Below the pieces are notes generated by a model. That model was not told the DNA's origin, made no database searches, and saw nothing but the letters and a program-made list of their open reading frames with translations. Both the position numbers and the translations under genes were made by a program. Of a stretch of DNA of 64,000 nucleotides, positions 60,951 through 64,000 are shown piece after piece. Source of the stretch: Iphione sp. A-MEVVRFRX5 (Eukaryota); NCBI GenBank assembly GCA_976226885.1, contig OZ320322.1, positions 16,120,001-16,184,000 on the forward strand, read 5' to 3'. Numbering within the stretch: position 1 is the stretch's first letter; the number at the start of each line of letters is the position of its first letter.

Positions 60951-63900
60951 TGACTTTGACGAACATTGTGAAATAGCCTTTATAAAACACTACAAGGTAA
61001 AGATGTTTTAAATGTTTTTAAAACATTGTAGCAAAATTCTCCGAAAAGCTTTCCAGAAACCTAATTCAAAATTTCTTGGAAAAAGATTTCAGTTCCCAAT
61101 ATGGGATTTGAATCCATTTTTTGTATTCAAATCCAGCACCTAACCCTTATTGAATCAAGTTACAAAATCCTTTATGTTTAATGTGTGATAAAACCAAACA
61201 ATAATGTTTAAAAAATAAACTGCCAAAACCACAATACTCTAGAAATGTTTCATTCCCACATTGCCAACACATTGTAATTTGATAATTATAGCATATTTTA
61301 TAAACGATGTTCTTTCTAACCTAACCAAACCATGACATTTTAGGAATATTTAATAGCAATGCTACCTAAAAGTTTTGGGAGTGTGTTTTTCTTACTTAAC
61401 TAAATAACAATGTTCTAGAAACGTTCCATTCTAATGTTACCTGAACATTATGATTTCAAGTGTTAACATTTTGTCAAGTATTTTTTTTGTAAAGGACTCC
61501 AACCATAACAATATGTGTTTTTGAACATTATGTGTTAGTTGGGATTACCCTACCCTCTGACGACCTACAATATTGAGAAGCATACGTGTTAGTAAATCAG
61601 GGTTTATTGCATGCTGCATCAGAAACATGGATGCACTGATGGTATGCATTGATAACCCAGTACTACACCATTATTATACCTTCAGTGTCTGAGCATGTAT
61701 AGTACATGCAGTACATACTGCGGGAATCTGAATCTGCTGCTAATACTACAGTTGAAAATGTAGACAGAATCCAAGCAGACCCAAAACTTCACATGAAATG
61801 TGTCGATATACTGTTACGTATATATTTGGAGTTAATCCATGGTTAATGTAGACAATGTCCATTAGAAATACTTGCTTGCTAGGTTACTATTATGACTGTC
61901 ATTTAGGCCACAGGTCAAAAGGGTAAAGAATCCCTGTTTGACCATTATGCAGGATTTTAGAGGATTTGATTTAAATATGTTGCTTGTAGCAGCCAAGGGA
62001 TGGAAACCAGCAATTTGCTGATGACATGCGTTGCATAAAATTATCGAAATAAAATGGTTATATAGCTGGTTTAAGCTTTTCTCGTCCTCTCTCTGTAGAC
62101 GATTTTGAACTCTTTTGAATGTCAGAAACTGGAAAAATAATGCGTGCAAATAATTTACAGCCACCTCGTCATCAGAGCCCGCTGAGCGTGGAACAGAACC
62201 GATTCCTCTAAAACTTAAAGAATCACTTCAGTAAATAGAGCCATTTTCAGTTGACCACAGTCGAACAACCCCTCAGCCTCCAGTCATCGTGTTCCTGCCT
62301 TTACTAATGATGTTTTTAATATCTATTACATCCTCCGAGATTTTATAATATCTAATATATATTATAGCATACTAGATAGATTGTTGAATATTGGATGCCG
62401 TAGACTGCATGTATATACCTATATGAACTTGAAGGACTGATTTCGTCTCCATGGACACTCATTGTAGGGAAGTCATGTCCACTGCCCTGGAACAGTTGGA
62501 TCATATACATGTACTCAATACATGGCTTTGGATACTTGAGGTAACTACAGTTGAATATAAAATCATAATCCGACCCATGGACTATGATCCTGCACCGATG
62601 CGGTCAGTCTTTAGTACAGTTCAATCAGCATTGAACCTAAAGCTGGCCAGATTTCAGGGGGATACTGTTATTCTACCCTAAATTGTGAATTTCAACAAGG
62701 TTCTCTCAAGGGGACTCTATGCATGCAGTTTTTTTAATCTAAAGGTGTGTTATGATCCTTGACAAGGAACAAACTTATGTTATAACATAGTAACATAGGT
62801 AACGCTTGACATGGAAATGGCAATGCAAAATCAAGTTGAAAAACAAACATAGGAGGATATGGATAAATGATTATTTTAACCTTGAAAGAAAAGGTGGAAT
62901 AGTGTAGTTGAAAACAAGCAAACAAACAGGGAAAATGTTACAAACGGAGATTCTTGTGTGAAAATGTTGAAACGATTCAAAACTAGCTGCACCAAACAGA
63001 TGCAAGAAAAAACCTTAAGAATATGGCCTCCTATGGAGTACCGTTGTGATATTTAGAAGTTCCGTTCTATGTAGGAAACAACACATTGAGAATCTGCACT
63101 GCACCAAAGAAGAGTATCAAAGTCTAAATCACAATCGGTCACTTAAGGAACAGTTTTTTTTCGGTTCAATAAACAATCGGGGGAATTAGTAAATGTCTAT
63201 CCCCGCTAAAGTATTTACGTATGTACGTATGCGTGGATTCGTGCATTTAAAACATGCATTTTAACCCTATGTCTTTACCCTTTACCCAGCGTTTACATAT
63301 TTTTTGTTTTCAAAAACAAGTACAAAATAAACTACTTGTTCATCACAACAACTATTTCGGGGGACAATTGTGTAGAAACACACGCTGTCAATTACGTTCG
63401 GGGGACAATTGTGGTTAAACACACGCGGTCAAATAGTTTATCAAAGAATGCTATAGATTTGTGTAATTTCTTTGTTTTTGCTTTGCTGTGGGTCTTGTGC
63501 AACCGACACGCGCCTGGGGGTACTTGACTTTACAAAAGATTTCGTGAGCAACTTATAGCTGTTGTTTTTCAATAAGATACTCAACAAAAGAACAGATGAA
63601 TATGCCACATGCATGTTCATGTACCGCAGGACTCACACATGTGAAAGTGTGACATAATAGAAAACAACATTGCACACGATCCAGGCACTGCCATGACATA
63701 GTTCATACATCGCAACCAATTAACCTGGGGATGAAAGATTCAGACATTGCCCAGTTTAACTGTTAGAGTTAGAAAAACATTTCCTACTTACGTAAATTGT
63801 CTCTAGCTAAGGAAGGCACAAGAGTTTACTGGCGCATGCACCCAAAGATTAATACGAATGGACAACGTCCAACTTTCCCATGGAAGTGTGTATTACATTC

Positions 63901-64000
63901 AATTAAACAATAGCGTCGATGCACTTTATTGCGCAAATATTCGGATATGAAAGCACGTCTCCATAGGACTGATAAGAATAATTTCACGCTTAATTCTGTT

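Overview
Repeat-rich animal (invertebrate-like) genomic DNA from a draft assembly with four N gaps. No rRNA, bona fide tRNA or CRISPR array was found. Host coding sequence that can be supported is limited to the last four exons of a GPI-anchored two-domain Ly6/uPAR (three-finger) gene at 253-3927 (+). The rest is nested mobile DNA: a decayed L2/CR1-type LINE split by a TA-duplicating MITE, a Crypton tyrosine-recombinase relic, tRNA-derived SINEs, satellites, an apparently intact intron-containing piggyBac (48763-51622) and a full-length 10.5-kb Ty3/Gypsy LTR retrotransposon (26025-36556, minus strand, ATAC TSD, tRNA-Leu PBS). The Gypsy element is the most interesting object. Between pol and the 3' LTR it carries about 5 kb of accessory DNA: a sense ORF with two C2H2-like zinc fingers and, pointing the other way, an antisense transcription unit (CCAAT boxes, TATA, splice signals, ATG, stop, AATAAA). 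The spacer between them holds ten copies of a palindrome, CTGTGG-N2-CCACAG, that also occurs four times in each LTR. This layout suggests a 'complex retrovirus'-like regulatory circuit with an internal promoter and accessory regulators. All coordinates and counts were read by eye; no database searches were run.
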